DNA from: an uncultured Candidatus Saccharibacteria bacterium
GTDB lineage: Bacteria; Patescibacteriota; Minisyncoccia; Phycocordibacterales; UBA2163
Length of the DNA: 64,000 nucleotides
Direction: 5' to 3'
Assembly: GCA_964626705.1 (NCBI GenBank)
Contig: CAZVGL010000002.1
Span: forward strand, 386-64,385
Of this stretch, positions 1 through 11,323 are shown piece after piece. Position 1 is the first letter of the stretch, and the number at the start of each line of letters is the position of its first letter. Below the pieces are notes generated by a model, which saw only the letters and a list, made by a program, of their open reading frames with translations, was not told where the DNA came from and ran no database searches. The position numbers were made by a program, and so were the translations under genes.

Positions 1-1
1 T

Positions 2-154
2 GACAATATACATGACTCTGGAAGAAAGTTTAAACTTATAGCTCTTCCTGTAGCTTTTGTACTTTCTTGGGCAATAACAATATTTCAGTACAGGAGATTA
101 GATAAGCAGTTTAAAGACATGGAACGTAAGATCTTGGAGGAAAAAGCGAAATAA
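2..154 (+). CDS. 3' end of small membrane protein upstream of atpB (probable AtpZ/AtpI-like), partial
   Basis: Open frame DNIHDSGRKFKLIALPVAFVLSWAITIFQYRR...AK* with a hydrophobic stretch; stop 1 nt before the atpB ATG; identity inferred from position. Confidence 0.55.
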   Translation, partial: DNIHDSGRKFKLIALPVAFVLSWAITIFQYRRLDKQFKDMERKILEEKAK

Positions 155-155
155 C

Positions 156-959
156 ATGCTAGATATAATACGAGTACAAAGAGATATACCTGCAATAGGT
201 CCAGATACAGTGTTTACACTATTTGGTTTTCCCGTAACAAGCTCACTTCTTCTAGGTATCGCTATAACTTTATTTATTGCATTTTTAGGAATATTTATAA
301 TAAAACGCTTTAAGAACTCACCAAGCAAATCTCAGACTTTTATAGAGATCATTTACGAAGGAATGGTAGATCTTATAGACCAGATCACAGACAATAGAAA
401 AATCTCAGAGAAAATAATCCCGCTTGTCGGAGCATTGTTTGTATTCATCGGTATTTCTAATTTGATAGAGATAATCCCCGGACTTACAAGCATTACTTAC
501 GGCGATACTGCTATCTTTAGGTCACCGACAACAGACTTCAATACAACTTTTGGTCTAGCACTTGCGATGGTTATCATAGTACAGATAGCATCTATAAAAA
601 GCTGGGGGATATTTGGTTTTTTGGGCAAGTACTTCCAGTTCAAACAAGTCTATCTTGGATTTAGACAAGGTATAGGTCCCGGAGTAATGTCTATAATAGA
701 GTTCCTCATAGGACTTCTAGATATAATATCTGAGATTGCCAAGGTTATATCTCTTTCTTTTAGGCTTTTTGGTAACTTATACGCTGGGCAAGTGCTTGCT
801 GTTATAATCCTCGGATTTATAGCATACTTACTACCTACGCTGTGGTCAGGACTTGGAATACTATTTGGTGTTGTGCAAGCTATCGTATTTGGAGCCCTTG
901 TAACAGCATATTATACGATAGGACTAAAGCCTGAAGATGAGGTCGTGCCGACGACATAA
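156..959 (+). CDS. atpB: F0 ATP synthase subunit a
   Basis: Multi-TM protein with SLSFRLFGN conserved Arg motif and QAIVF; first gene of atp operon. Confidence 0.95.
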   Translation: MLDIIRVQRDIPAIGPDTVFTLFGFPVTSSLLLGIAITLFIAFLGIFIIKRFKNSPSKSQTFIEIIYEGMVDLIDQITDNRKISEKIIPLVGALFVFIGISNLIEIIPGLTSITYGDTAIFRSPTTDFNTTFGLALAMVIIVQIASIKSWGIFGFLGKYFQFKQVYLGFRQGIGPGVMSIIEFLIGLLDIISEIAKVISLSFRLFGNLYAGQVLAVIILGFIAYLLPTLWSGLGILFGVVQAIVFGALVTAYYTIGLKPEDEVVPTT

Positions 960-1005
960 AACAAACGCTTAGTGCATATTATTAACAATTTTAATATAAA
1001 TTATT

Positions 1006-1224
1006 ATGGAAGAAATAGAATCAGCAAGACTAATAGCAAAAGGGCTCGCAACAATATCAATGTTCGGATCTGCTGTTGGTGAGGGATACCTTATAGGTAA
1101 AGCTCTAGAAGCAATGGGAAGAAACCCTGAGATGTCAGGTCAACTTTTCTCTAAGATGATCATCGGTGTGGCTATGGCAGAATCAACAGCGATTTATGCT
1201 TTGGTAGCATTCTTCATCATTTAA
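1006..1224 (+). CDS. atpE: F0 ATP synthase subunit c
   Basis: 72 aa hairpin with RNPE loop and AESTAIY ion-binding motif. Confidence 0.97.
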   Translation: MEEIESARLIAKGLATISMFGSAVGEGYLIGKALEAMGRNPEMSGQLFSKMIIGVAMAESTAIYALVAFFII

Positions 1225-1236
1225 TAGAAATAAAAT

Positions 1237-1731
1237 ATGGATTTATTAGAAGTATTAGGAAATATAGGTTTTGACTGGAAGCTCGCTCTTGCGAATCTTG
1301 TTAATTTTCTTATTATCTACTATTTACTTAAAAGATATGCTTTTGGACCAATCAGTAAAATGATAAACGAAAGAAAGCAAAAGGTTGAAGAAGGTATACA
1401 GGCAGCCAAAAATGCAGAGGACGAGCTCGCAATATCAAAAGAAGAAAGCGACAAGATAATTAAAGATGCAAAACACGAATCAAATGCTATCGTGGCAAAA
1501 GCACACGACCAAGCTAAAGCCCTACTTGAACACGCAAATATACAGTCTACAAAAGATAAAGACAACATGCTTTCAAATGCTCAAGAAAGAATAGAAAAAG
1601 AAAGACGAGAGATGGAAACAGCATTACAAGCAGAAGTATCTGACCTTATTGTACTTAGTACAGAAAAGATAATAGATAAAGATGTACCTAAAGATATGCA
1701 CGAAAAGATAATAGAAAGCATGACTAAGTAA
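1237..1731 (+). CDS. atpF: F0 ATP synthase subunit b
   Basis: N-terminal TM (NFLIIYYLLKRYAFGPI) followed by coiled coil; operon position. Confidence 0.93.
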   Translation: MDLLEVLGNIGFDWKLALANLVNFLIIYYLLKRYAFGPISKMINERKQKVEEGIQAAKNAEDELAISKEESDKIIKDAKHESNAIVAKAHDQAKALLEHANIQSTKDKDNMLSNAQERIEKERREMETALQAEVSDLIVLSTEKIIDKDVPKDMHEKIIESMTK

Positions 1732-1732
1732 T

Positions 1733-2128
1733 ATGATAAAAACAGAAAACATAGCACGTGCTTTAATAGGACTTATAGAAGATGGAAATGATCCAAAAGA
1801 TGTTGTGGATAATTTTGTAAATTTTGCAAAAAAACACAATATGGAAAGTAGGATTAAAAACGTATTGAACGTACTTGAAGATAAGCTGAATAAAGAGGTA
1901 GAGCATGAAACTATGTATATAAAAACAGCGCATGATGTACCAGCGAAACTATTAACAGAGATCAAAAAGTATCTAAAGCTTCCAGAAGATGCACCAAGCC
2001 ATGTATCTCTTGATAAAAAAATACTAGGAGGCTTCAGGGTTTCATACAAAAATAAATTATATGAATACGGTTTGAAACTAAGGTTGAACAAACTAAAAAA
2101 TCACTTACACTCTAATCACTTAAAATAA
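1733..2128 (+). CDS. atpH: F1 ATP synthase subunit delta (short)
   Basis: C-terminal [11 protein letters not shown] motif; lies between atpF and atpA. Confidence 0.8.
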   Translation: MIKTENIARALIGLIEDGNDPKDVVDNFVNFAKKHNMESRIKNVLNVLEDKLNKEVEHETMYIKTAHDVPAKLLTEIKKYLKLPEDAPSHVSLDKKILGGFRVSYKNKLYEYGLKLRLNKLKNHLHSNHLK

Positions 2129-2129
2129 T

Positions 2130-3626
2130 ATGAGCACTGAATCTTTAATAAAAAATCTAAAAAACAAAATACAAAACTTTGAGGCCACTCCTGAAGTAAA
2201 TGAGATAGGTCATGTAGTAGAAGTAAACGATGGTATAGCTAAAATATCCGGGCTTTCTAAATGCCAGATGTCAGAGATGCTTACTTTCTCAGACAATACT
2301 ATGGGTATTGCTCTAAACCTAGAAGAATACACTGTCGGAGCTATCATAATAGGTGATTACAGTAATATTAAAGAAGGAGATATTGTAAAAAGAACTGGGG
2401 AAATACTTTCTATACCAGTCGGAAATGACTTTATCGGAAGAACTGTAGACCCGCTTTGCACACCACTTGATGGTAAGGGCGACATACATAAAGATGCAGA
2501 TTATCTTGTAGAAAGGATGGCTCCTGCGGTGATGGACAGAGAACCTGTAGACCAGCCTCTAAGTACAGGGATTAAAGCTATCGATACTATGATACCTATA
2601 GGTAGAGGACAAAGAGAGCTCATAATAGGTGACAGACAGACAGGTAAAACTACAGTTGCTATAGACACAATACTTAATCAAAAAGGAAATGATATGGTGT
2701 GTGTGTATGTGGCTATAGGACAAAAGAAATCAAAAGTCGCAAGAACCATAAAGACACTCGAGGAAGCAGGTGCAATGACTTACACCACCGTAGTACTTGC
2801 AGGTTCATCAGACGGACCTGCAATGTCATACCTTGCTCCATATGCTGGAGTGACTATTGCAGAATATTTTATGGATCAAGGTAAAGATGTTCTAGTGGTT
2901 TATGATGATCTTTCAAAACACGCCGTAAGTTATAGAGAGATATCACTACTTTTGAGACGCCCTCCTGGACGAGAAGCATATCCTGGAGATGTGTTTTACC
3001 TGCATTCAAGACTACTTGAACGCGCAGCAAGAAGAAACTCTGAATCTGGTGGTGGATCTATAACAGCACTTCCTATAGTAGAGACTCAAGCAGGAGACAT
3101 CTCTGCATACATACCTACTAATGTTATTTCAATAACAGACGGGCAAATATTTTTAGAATCAGAACTATTTCACAAAGGAATAAGGCCTGCCATAAATGTA
3201 GGACTTTCTGTGTCTCGTGTGGGAGGAGCAGCACAGATCAAGTCAATGAAGAAGACTTCTGGAAAGATGAAACTTTCTCTAGCGCAGTTCAGAGAACTAG
3301 AGGCGTTTTCACAGTTTGCATCTGATCTTGATGAAGAAACAAAGAAGACTTTAAACAGAGGGCGTGTTCTTACAGAACTTTTGAAACAACCTCAGTATTC
3401 TCCAGTAAAAACTGGTCTGCAAGTAGCACTTATATACGCTGCAAACAATGGTCACATAGATGATCTTGAGATCTTCCACGTTGAAAAGTGGGGAAGTGAT
3501 TTTTCTGATTTTCTTGAAGCAAGTAAGAGTGACCTACTTAAAGATATAGAAAACTCTTGGGACGAGGATATAGAAGGGCGACTGAAAGATGCAGTAGGTG
3601 AGTTCATGCAAACCAGAGAAGAGTAG
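2130..3626 (+). CDS. atpA: F1 ATP synthase subunit alpha
   Basis: GDRQTGKT P-loop and [23 protein letters not shown]. Confidence 0.99.
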   Translation: MSTESLIKNLKNKIQNFEATPEVNEIGHVVEVNDGIAKISGLSKCQMSEMLTFSDNTMGIALNLEEYTVGAIIIGDYSNIKEGDIVKRTGEILSIPVGNDFIGRTVDPLCTPLDGKGDIHKDADYLVERMAPAVMDREPVDQPLSTGIKAIDTMIPIGRGQRELIIGDRQTGKTTVAIDTILNQKGNDMVCVYVAIGQKKSKVARTIKTLEEAGAMTYTTVVLAGSSDGPAMSYLAPYAGVTIAEYFMDQGKDVLVVYDDLSKHAVSYREISLLLRRPPGREAYPGDVFYLHSRLLERAARRNSESGGGSITALPIVETQAGDISAYIPTNVISITDGQIFLESELFHKGIRPAINVGLSVSRVGGAAQIKSMKKTSGKMKLSLAQFRELEAFSQFASDLDEETKKTLNRGRVLTELLKQPQYSPVKTGLQVALIYAANNGHIDDLEIFHVEKWGSDFSDFLEASKSDLLKDIENSWDEDIEGRLKDAVGEFMQTREE

Positions 3627-3647
3627 GTTGCAAAAGCTAAATTCAAA

Positions 3648-4559
3648 ATGAGTAATACAAAACTAATCAAAACAAAGATGGCCTCCGTAGGTAATATGAA
3701 AAAGATTACCAAAGCAATGGAGATGGTCTCAAGAAGTAAGATGAAGAAAGACGTCGGTCTTGCTGTTAATACGCGTGCATATGCTACACGCGCACTTGAG
3801 CTTATGGTTAGTCTCTCTAATGAAACTATGGAGAAAAACCAGTTTCTAATAGCACCCAAAAATACTGATAAAGTACTTATAATACATATTGCATCTAATA
3901 AAGGGCTTTGTGGTGGATACAACTCTTCATCTCTTAGAGCTCTAAATAGTTATTTAATAAGAAGAAGTGATGAAGTAGAGTTTATAACAGTTGGCAAGTA
4001 TGCAAAAAGGCATGCAGAAAATAGTGGGCGAACTACTTTAGAAAAGTTTGAAGACTTCCCAGAAACACCTAAAGTAGAAGATGTGACTGAACTTGGAGAT
4101 CTTGTAATAAAGAAATTCTTATCAGGAGAATATAAAAAAGTTTTGATCTCTTACACAAAGTACGTCTCTGCATTTCATCAGGTACCTACTATACGAAAGA
4201 TCTTGCCACTTTCTTCTATGAGTTTGAAAAACGTAATAGATGAACTTGGTGTTGTAGATACTGGTGAAGAAAACATCGAAGAAGTAGATATAAAGAACCC
4301 CAAGCAATACATATATGAACCAAATGAAGACGCTATTTTAAATATAGTAGTACCAAGACTTGCAAAGCTTCAGATTTATCAAGCATTACTAGAGTCAAAT
4401 GCAAGTGAACAGAGCTCTAGGATGGTAGCGATGAAGAATGCGACAGACAATGCAGACAAGATGGGTAAAGAATTACTCTTAAGTTACAACAAAGCTCGGC
4501 AGGCGGGTATTACAAAAGAGATACTGGAGATCGCGGCCGGTGCAGACGCAGTAAGTTGA
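3648..4559 (+). CDS. atpG: F1 ATP synthase subunit gamma
   Basis: KITKAMEMV, KGLCGGYN, RMVAMKNATDNA, RQAGITKEI motifs. Confidence 0.98.
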   Translation: MSNTKLIKTKMASVGNMKKITKAMEMVSRSKMKKDVGLAVNTRAYATRALELMVSLSNETMEKNQFLIAPKNTDKVLIIHIASNKGLCGGYNSSSLRALNSYLIRRSDEVEFITVGKYAKRHAENSGRTTLEKFEDFPETPKVEDVTELGDLVIKKFLSGEYKKVLISYTKYVSAFHQVPTIRKILPLSSMSLKNVIDELGVVDTGEENIEEVDIKNPKQYIYEPNEDAILNIVVPRLAKLQIYQALLESNASEQSSRMVAMKNATDNADKMGKELLLSYNKARQAGITKEILEIAAGADAVS

Positions 4560-4584
4560 TAATTAATAATTTCGTAAAATATAA

Positions 4585-5976
<1,392 letters not shown>

Positions 5977-5979
<3 letters not shown>

Positions 5980-6003
5980 CACGGAGGTTCAACCTCCGTG
6001 TTA
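5977..6003. repeat. Perfect 13-bp inverted repeat with 1-nt spacer (REP-like) overlapping atpD stop
   Basis: taacacggaggtt-c-aacctccgtgtta. Confidence 0.75.
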
Positions 6004-6016
6004 GAAATATAATGAG

Positions 6017-6277
6017 ATGAATAAAATCAATTTGGAAATAGTTACTCTAGAAGGAGTGGCTTATAAAGAAGAAGTAGTATCAGTAACACTGTCTACAGAA
6101 AGTGGTATGGTAGGTATCTTTGCTAATCACACTCCACTTGTGTCTATTATAAAAGAAGGGGAGATTGTAATAAAAGAAGAAGACGGCACAGTGCGTTTTA
6201 GAACATCAGAAGGAGTGCTCGAAGTCCGCCCCAAAAGCGAAGTGATACTTGTTGTAGACAAAGTAGAAAAAATTTAA
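6017..6277 (+). CDS. atpC: F1 ATP synthase subunit epsilon (N-terminal beta domain only)
   Basis: LEIVT...GMVGIFANHTPLVS...EG motif; 86 aa; last atp gene. Confidence 0.9.
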   Translation: MNKINLEIVTLEGVAYKEEVVSVTLSTESGMVGIFANHTPLVSIIKEGEIVIKEEDGTVRFRTSEGVLEVRPKSEVILVVDKVEKI

Positions 6278-6279
6278 AT

Positions 6280-6303
6280 AAAAAAACAAGGACTATGCCT
6301 TGT
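6280..6303 (-). terminator. Intrinsic terminator
   Basis: Minus strand acaagg-catagt-ccttgt followed by a T-tract. Confidence 0.55.
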
Positions 6304-6657
6304 GTGTGAGATCGAGCTGCCCCACCTCATGAAGAGGTGGGGGCTATAGCTCCTTGTATTTTTGCGCCTTATTTACAGCTTCGACTAAGGTCTTAGAATT
6401 CATTTTAAGAATTGTGGAGTCTCAAGGATGTTTTATACTACTACTAAAATAAGTAGGAATTTCATCATTTCACTTATCTCCTTTCTACGCAAAGTTAAAA
6501 ACGGATAAAAAGAACAGGCGCTACTACATAATCCACTATTAAGTCCTGAGAGACTGTTAAAAAAATAGTGGACAAAACATTTTTTTGTTTTTCTTATTAT
6601 GCACCCCCTTTCTGGCTCTTATTATTACAGACGAGGAGTCAGTTAGAACTAAAAGTG

Positions 6658-6686
6658 ATTATATACTCGATATATATCCTTGTCAA
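6658..6686 (-). promoter_or_regulatory. Perfect-consensus sigma70 promoter
   Basis: Minus strand TTGACA-17 nt-TATAAT. Confidence 0.75.
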
Positions 6687-6703
6687 GAATTTTTTAAAAT
6701 GAA

Positions 6704-6738
6704 AAAGCAAGGGCTGTGCTACTTATAGCCCTTGCTTT
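6704..6738 (-). terminator. Intrinsic terminator after 6743..7117 ORF
   Basis: aaagcaagggct...agcccttgcttt stem; T-tract on minus strand. Confidence 0.65.
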
Positions 6739-6742
6739 AAAC

Positions 6743-7117
6743 TCAATACTCATGCATTTGAAGGATCTGTTCATTTGGATCTTTTAGGTCAAGATGAGCT
6801 TGTGAATCTTCTGTGTAAGTCTTTTTATTTTTTACACAAAGAGTTTTATCAATTTCTTCTTCAACAACCTCCTCTTTCTCCTTATGCTTACCGAAGAATG
6901 AACCTACGGCTGATCTGTAATACTTAGAATTTGATGACAATTCTAACTCCGTAATACATTCCGTGACAAGACAAATGAACCTATGTCCTTTAATGTATGG
7001 TTTCATCTTGCCTGAAAGATTACTGACAAGCCTTCCAAACCTTTCAAAATCCATAATTTTCTGTGTACCTTCTGCAACTATCATAGCAGCAGTAAGCTCT
7101 TTAAACATACTATACAT
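6743..7117 (-). CDS. Hypothetical protein
   Basis: 124 aa ORF with upstream GGAG, TTGACA-16-TATGCT promoter (7206-7179) and downstream terminator. Confidence 0.65.
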   Translation of the reverse strand: MYSMFKELTAAMIVAEGTQKIMDFERFGRLVSNLSGKMKPYIKGHRFICLVTECITELELSSNSKYYRSAVGSFFGKHKEKEEVVEEEIDKTLCVKNKKTYTEDSQAHLDLKDPNEQILQMHEY

Positions 7118-7264
7118 GGCTTTTTCTCCCTAAAAATTAGAAAGGCTAATGTACAAAATGCTCTCAATTCCTATCCAAAGCATACCAAGAAATATGACTT
7201 TGTCAATGTCAAGATGTGGATATTCAAGAAAACGCCTTATTATGCGGTTTTCCACGTAAAAAGC

Positions 7265-7294
7265 TTGACTTTATATGTACTATTTTGGTATTAT
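7265..7294 (+). promoter_or_regulatory. Putative sigma70 promoter for infA-rpoA cluster
   Basis: TTGACT-18 nt-TATTAT with TG upstream of the -10. Confidence 0.5.
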
Positions 7295-7311
7295 GTCCTC
7301 ATTGTCAAAAA

Positions 7312-7527
7312 ATGGTAAATAAAGAACCACAGGAAATAAACGGCGTAGTAGATGAAGCATTACCAAATGCATTGTTTAGAATAACTCTTGAGAACCAAGA
7401 GGAGCCAATTATCGGGTATCTTTCAGGAAAGATGCGTAAATACCGTATAAAAGTTCTTGTGGGGGACAAAGTAATTGTCTTAACTGATCCATACGGAGGA
7501 AAAGGAAGGATCATTAAGAGATTGTAA
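7312..7527 (+). CDS. infA: Translation initiation factor IF-1
   Basis: EALPNALFRI...LSGKMRKYRIKVLVGDKV...GRII; start reassigned to ATG 7312. Confidence 0.95.
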   Translation: MVNKEPQEINGVVDEALPNALFRITLENQEEPIIGYLSGKMRKYRIKVLVGDKVIVLTDPYGGKGRIIKRL

Positions 7528-7603
7528 AATTAAAGATCAAAAATGCAAGATGGCAACTTAAACTGTCATTTTACATTTTTGATATTTATATCTGTTTTAA
7601 TAC

Positions 7604-7717
7604 ATGAAAGTAAAAGCATCAGTAAAAAAAATATGTGCGCAGTGCAAAACTGTGAGAAGAAAACGTCGTGTGTGTGTGATTTGTACGAACCCACGTCATA
7701 AACAAAGACAAGGATAA
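7604..7717 (+). CDS. rpmJ: 50S ribosomal protein L36 (Zn-ribbon type)
   Basis: Not in ORF track; translates [37 protein letters not shown]. Confidence 0.97.
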   Translation: MKVKASVKKICAQCKTVRRKRRVCVICTNPRHKQRQG

Positions 7718-7721
7718 TATT

Positions 7722-8096
7722 ATGCGAATTTCAGGAATAACAATACCAGAAAAGAGAATAGAGTACGGACTAACAGCCGTATACGGTATTGGTTTGTCTA
7801 AATCACAAGAGCTTCTAGACAAAGCAAAGATAGACAGAAGTATAAAACCAGCAGAACTTTCAGCTGATCAAGAAAATGAAATAAGAAAACTTGTAGAAGA
7901 GCGAACTATTGAAGGTGAACTTCGAAGAGAAGTATCAGGAAATATTAAAAGACTAAAAGATATAAAGTCTTATAGAGGGTCACGACACTCGAAAAAACTT
8001 CCTGCAAGAGGGCAGAGAACAAAGACAAACTCTAGAACTCTAAAGGGTGCGAAGAAGACCATGGGTTCTGGTAAAAAGAAACTAGATAAGAAATAG
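7722..8096 (+). CDS. rpsM: 30S ribosomal protein S13
   Basis: MRISG...YGIG...SYRGSRH...LPARGQRTKTN. Confidence 0.98.
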   Translation: MRISGITIPEKRIEYGLTAVYGIGLSKSQELLDKAKIDRSIKPAELSADQENEIRKLVEERTIEGELRREVSGNIKRLKDIKSYRGSRHSKKLPARGQRTKTNSRTLKGAKKTMGSGKKKLDKK

Positions 8097-8097
8097 T

Positions 8098-8532
8098 ATG
8101 GGAAAGAAAAGAATTATAAAAAAAGCAGGGGGTGAAGTAGATAAGGGATTACAATCTCGTTCTCTTGCGCGTCTATCTAAAAAGAAACTAGAAACTGGTA
8201 TACTTCACGTACAAGCAACATATAACAACACTAAACTGATATTCACAGATACGAAAGGTGGTGCTATCATGTGGTCGTCTTCTGGAGCTCTAGGTTTTAA
8301 AGGAGCAAAGAAAGGTACACCTTTTGCAGCAGCAAAAGTGGGGGAGCTTCTTGGTGAAAAGGCTTCAATGATAGGTGTGAAGAATGCCGATGTTGTTATA
8401 AAGGGAGTAGGAGGAGGAAGAGAATCAGCAATACGTGGATTTACCGCAAAAGGTATACAGATTAGTTCAATAAAAGACACTACACCAGTGCCACATAACG
8501 GTCCGCGCCCAAAGAAAGCGCGACGCGTATAA
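8098..8532 (+). CDS. rpsK: 30S ribosomal protein S11
   Basis: ATYNNT, KKGTPFAA, DTTPVPHNG motifs. Confidence 0.98.
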   Translation: MGKKRIIKKAGGEVDKGLQSRSLARLSKKKLETGILHVQATYNNTKLIFTDTKGGAIMWSSSGALGFKGAKKGTPFAAAKVGELLGEKASMIGVKNADVVIKGVGGGRESAIRGFTAKGIQISSIKDTTPVPHNGPRPKKARRV

Positions 8533-8542
8533 AATAATAATT

Positions 8543-9160
8543 ATGATAATAGGCCCAAAATACAAAATATGTAAAAGACTAGGAAGCGGAGTGTTTGATA
8601 AATGTCAAACACATAAGTTTACGCTTGCTGAAGAAAAGTCAAAAAAGAGAAGCAGTTCATCAAGACGACCTCGACAGATGTCTGAATATGGAAAACAGCT
8701 TATAGAAAAACAGAAAATGCGATATACATATGGCGTTGCGGAAAAACAACTTACAAGGTATGTAAAAGAAGCTATTGCAAGAAAAGACTCAAAGCCTGCG
8801 ACACAGCTTATAGAAAACCTTGAATCACGACTTGATAATGTTGTTTACAGACTTGGACTTGCGAAAAGTAGACAAATGGCAAGGCAGATGGTGTCTCACG
8901 GACACATTACCATTAACGGAAGAAAAGTTACAATACCTTCATATAGAATATCGAAAGGATTAAAGATCGGTATAAGAGAAGGAAGTCGTGACAGCGGACT
9001 GTTTTCAACTACGAAAGAAGATTTGAAAGACCATAAGAATCCTTCTTGGGTTATATTTGACGAAAAGACCTTAGAAGGAGAGGTAAAAGGTAAGCCAGTA
9101 GTAGACGCAACAGAGCTATTGTTCGATATAAGTTCTGTTTTGGAATATTATAGTAGGTAG
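8543..9160 (+). CDS. rpsD: 30S ribosomal protein S4
   Basis: SEYGKQLIEKQK, LESRLDNVVYRLG, ARQMVSHGH motifs. Confidence 0.98.
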   Translation: MIIGPKYKICKRLGSGVFDKCQTHKFTLAEEKSKKRSSSSRRPRQMSEYGKQLIEKQKMRYTYGVAEKQLTRYVKEAIARKDSKPATQLIENLESRLDNVVYRLGLAKSRQMARQMVSHGHITINGRKVTIPSYRISKGLKIGIREGSRDSGLFSTTKEDLKDHKNPSWVIFDEKTLEGEVKGKPVVDATELLFDISSVLEYYSR

Positions 9161-9202
9161 TTTTAATAAGATAATATATTTATTAATTTAATTTAAAATA
9201 CT

Positions 9203-10177
9203 ATGTCAGAATACAACGTATCACTCCCATCAAAACCTAAAATAGTTTCTGAAGAGGAGTTCAAAGGAACATATGAAATAGACGGTCTTTATCCAGGGTA
9301 TGGTCATACTCTTGGTAATTCTTTGCGAAGGATCGTTCTATCATCTCTTCCAGGAGCTGCAATTACCTCTGTGAAAATAGAAGGTGTACAACATGAATTT
9401 TCAACAATGGATGGAGTAAAAGAAGACGTTATAAATATATTACTTAATCTAAAAAAAGTAAGACTTCAGATGCTTACTGATGAGCCTCAAACTATTTCAA
9501 TAGAAGTAAAAGGTCAAAAAACAGTTACTGCAAGTGATATAAAAACACCAGCACAAGTAGAAGTACTTAACCCAGACCAGCACATAGCAGAAATAACAGA
9601 CAAGAAAGGAGAGCTTATTGTCGAACTTACAGTGGAGCGCGGTATGGGGTATGTATCAAAAGATGTACTACAAAAAGACAAGGTAGACATAGGAGTAATA
9701 GCACTTGATGCTATCTTTACGCCAATAAAGAGGGTAAACTACGAAGTCGAAAACATGCGTGTTGGAGACAGAACAGACTTTAACAGACTGCGAATGTTTA
9801 TAGAAACAGACGGTACTATCACAGCACACGAAGCGCTTGAAAAATCAATAGAGATAATGATCAACCAGCTTAAAGCGATTATCGGTTTTAAAGAAGAAGA
9901 AATAGAAGCAGAAATTGTTTCTGGGACAGAAGATAGTGCCGAAGAAAATGTAGAAAAAGCAGAAGAAGAAGTTGATACAGAATTTCTAAAGACAAGAATA
10001 GAATCACTCAATCTTTCAGCGAGAAACATAAATGCTCTAGCAGCTGCAAATATACGAACAGTAGGTGGCTTGGCCCGCAAGAAAGAAGAAGATATTCTAG
10101 AGATCGAAGGACTTGGAAAGAAAGGGGTTCAGGAGATAAAGAGAATGCTTGGAAATTACGGTATTATTTTGAAATAA
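9203..10177 (+). CDS. rpoA: RNA polymerase subunit alpha
   Basis: GYGHTLGNSLRR, HEFSTMDGVKED, C-terminal domain. Confidence 0.98.
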   Translation: MSEYNVSLPSKPKIVSEEEFKGTYEIDGLYPGYGHTLGNSLRRIVLSSLPGAAITSVKIEGVQHEFSTMDGVKEDVINILLNLKKVRLQMLTDEPQTISIEVKGQKTVTASDIKTPAQVEVLNPDQHIAEITDKKGELIVELTVERGMGYVSKDVLQKDKVDIGVIALDAIFTPIKRVNYEVENMRVGDRTDFNRLRMFIETDGTITAHEALEKSIEIMINQLKAIIGFKEEEIEAEIVSGTEDSAEENVEKAEEEVDTEFLKTRIESLNLSARNINALAAANIRTVGGLARKKEEDILEIEGLGKKGVQEIKRMLGNYGIILK

Positions 10178-10184
10178 ATTAAAC

Positions 10185-10541
10185 ATGCGACATCATAACA
10201 AAAACAAAAAGTTTGGGAGAGTAAGAAAACAAAGAACAGCACTTATGCGTTCTCTTGCACGCTCTTTAATATTGCACGATAGAATACAAACAACAGAAGC
10301 AAAAGCAAAAGCTTTACGACCATTTATAGAAAAACTTATTACAAAAGGTAAAGATGGGTCAATAGCAGCAAGACGACTTATATTAAGTAGACTTGGTGGA
10401 AGCACTGATGCAACAACTAAACTATTTGATACACTATCTCCAAAATACAAAGAAAGGACTGGTGGTTATACAAGAGTTACAAAAACTGGTACTAGAGTAG
10501 GAGATGCGGCAAAAGAAGCTATAATAGAGTTTGTAAAATAA
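10185..10541 (+). CDS. rplQ: 50S ribosomal protein L17
   Basis: MRH...TTEAKAKALR...RTGGYTRV. Confidence 0.98.
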   Translation: MRHHNKNKKFGRVRKQRTALMRSLARSLILHDRIQTTEAKAKALRPFIEKLITKGKDGSIAARRLILSRLGGSTDATTKLFDTLSPKYKERTGGYTRVTKTGTRVGDAAKEAIIEFVK

Positions 10542-10545
10542 AATT

Positions 10546-10893
10546 ATGAAAAAGATAGAGATAAATGCAGAAGGAGAAAAACTAGGACGAATCGCTACAA
10601 AAGCGGCGGCATTTTTGATTGGCAAAAACGATGTTTCATTTGCACGAAATAAAGTTCTAGACATAGAGGTTAAGGTTATAAACGTATCAAAAATGGATGT
10701 TTCAGATAATAAGAAAGATAGTAAATTATACAAACATTATACGGGATATCCGGGAGGACTGAGGGAAGAGAAAATGGGAAAGATTATAACTAAAAAGGGA
10801 TATGGGGAAACAGTAAAAAAGGCAGTGTACGGTATGCTACCACATAACAAACTTAGACCAATAAGAATGAAGCTATTAACTACAGAAGAATAA
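10546..10893 (+). CDS. rplM: 50S ribosomal protein L13
   Basis: LGRIAT, YTGYPGGL, AVYGMLP motifs. Confidence 0.95.
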   Translation: MKKIEINAEGEKLGRIATKAAAFLIGKNDVSFARNKVLDIEVKVINVSKMDVSDNKKDSKLYKHYTGYPGGLREEKMGKIITKKGYGETVKKAVYGMLPHNKLRPIRMKLLTTEE

Positions 10894-10894
10894 T

Positions 10895-11317
10895 ATGACA
10901 ACGAAAGATAAACAAAAAATATCATCTACTCACTATATAGAAGCTATAGGTAGAAGAAAGAACGCCATAGCTCGCGTGCGTATTTTCACTGGGAGTAAAA
11001 ATGCTTATAAAATAAACGACCGAACTCTTGAAGACTATTTCCCAGTTAATGAAACTCAAAATAATATAAAAAAAGTATTTGAAGTTGTTGATATTCCTGA
11101 GAAGTTTGATGTATCAGTTCATGTGAAAGGTGGTGGAGTATCTGCACAATCAGATGCTATATTACTTGGTATTGCAAGATCACTTATATTATTTGATCCA
11201 GAACTTAGAGACACTCTTAAAAAAGAAGGATACCTGAAACGAGATGCTAGAGTAAAAGAAAGAAAGAAACCAGGACTCAAGAAAGCTCGAAAAGCCTCAC
11301 AATGGAGTAAACGATAA
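10895..11317 (+). CDS. rpsI: 30S ribosomal protein S9
   Basis: GRRKNAIARV, GGGVSAQ, ERKKPGLKKARK..QWSKR. Confidence 0.98.
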   Translation: MTTKDKQKISSTHYIEAIGRRKNAIARVRIFTGSKNAYKINDRTLEDYFPVNETQNNIKKVFEVVDIPEKFDVSVHVKGGGVSAQSDAILLGIARSLILFDPELRDTLKKEGYLKRDARVKERKKPGLKKARKASQWSKR

Positions 11318-11323
11318 TCTACT

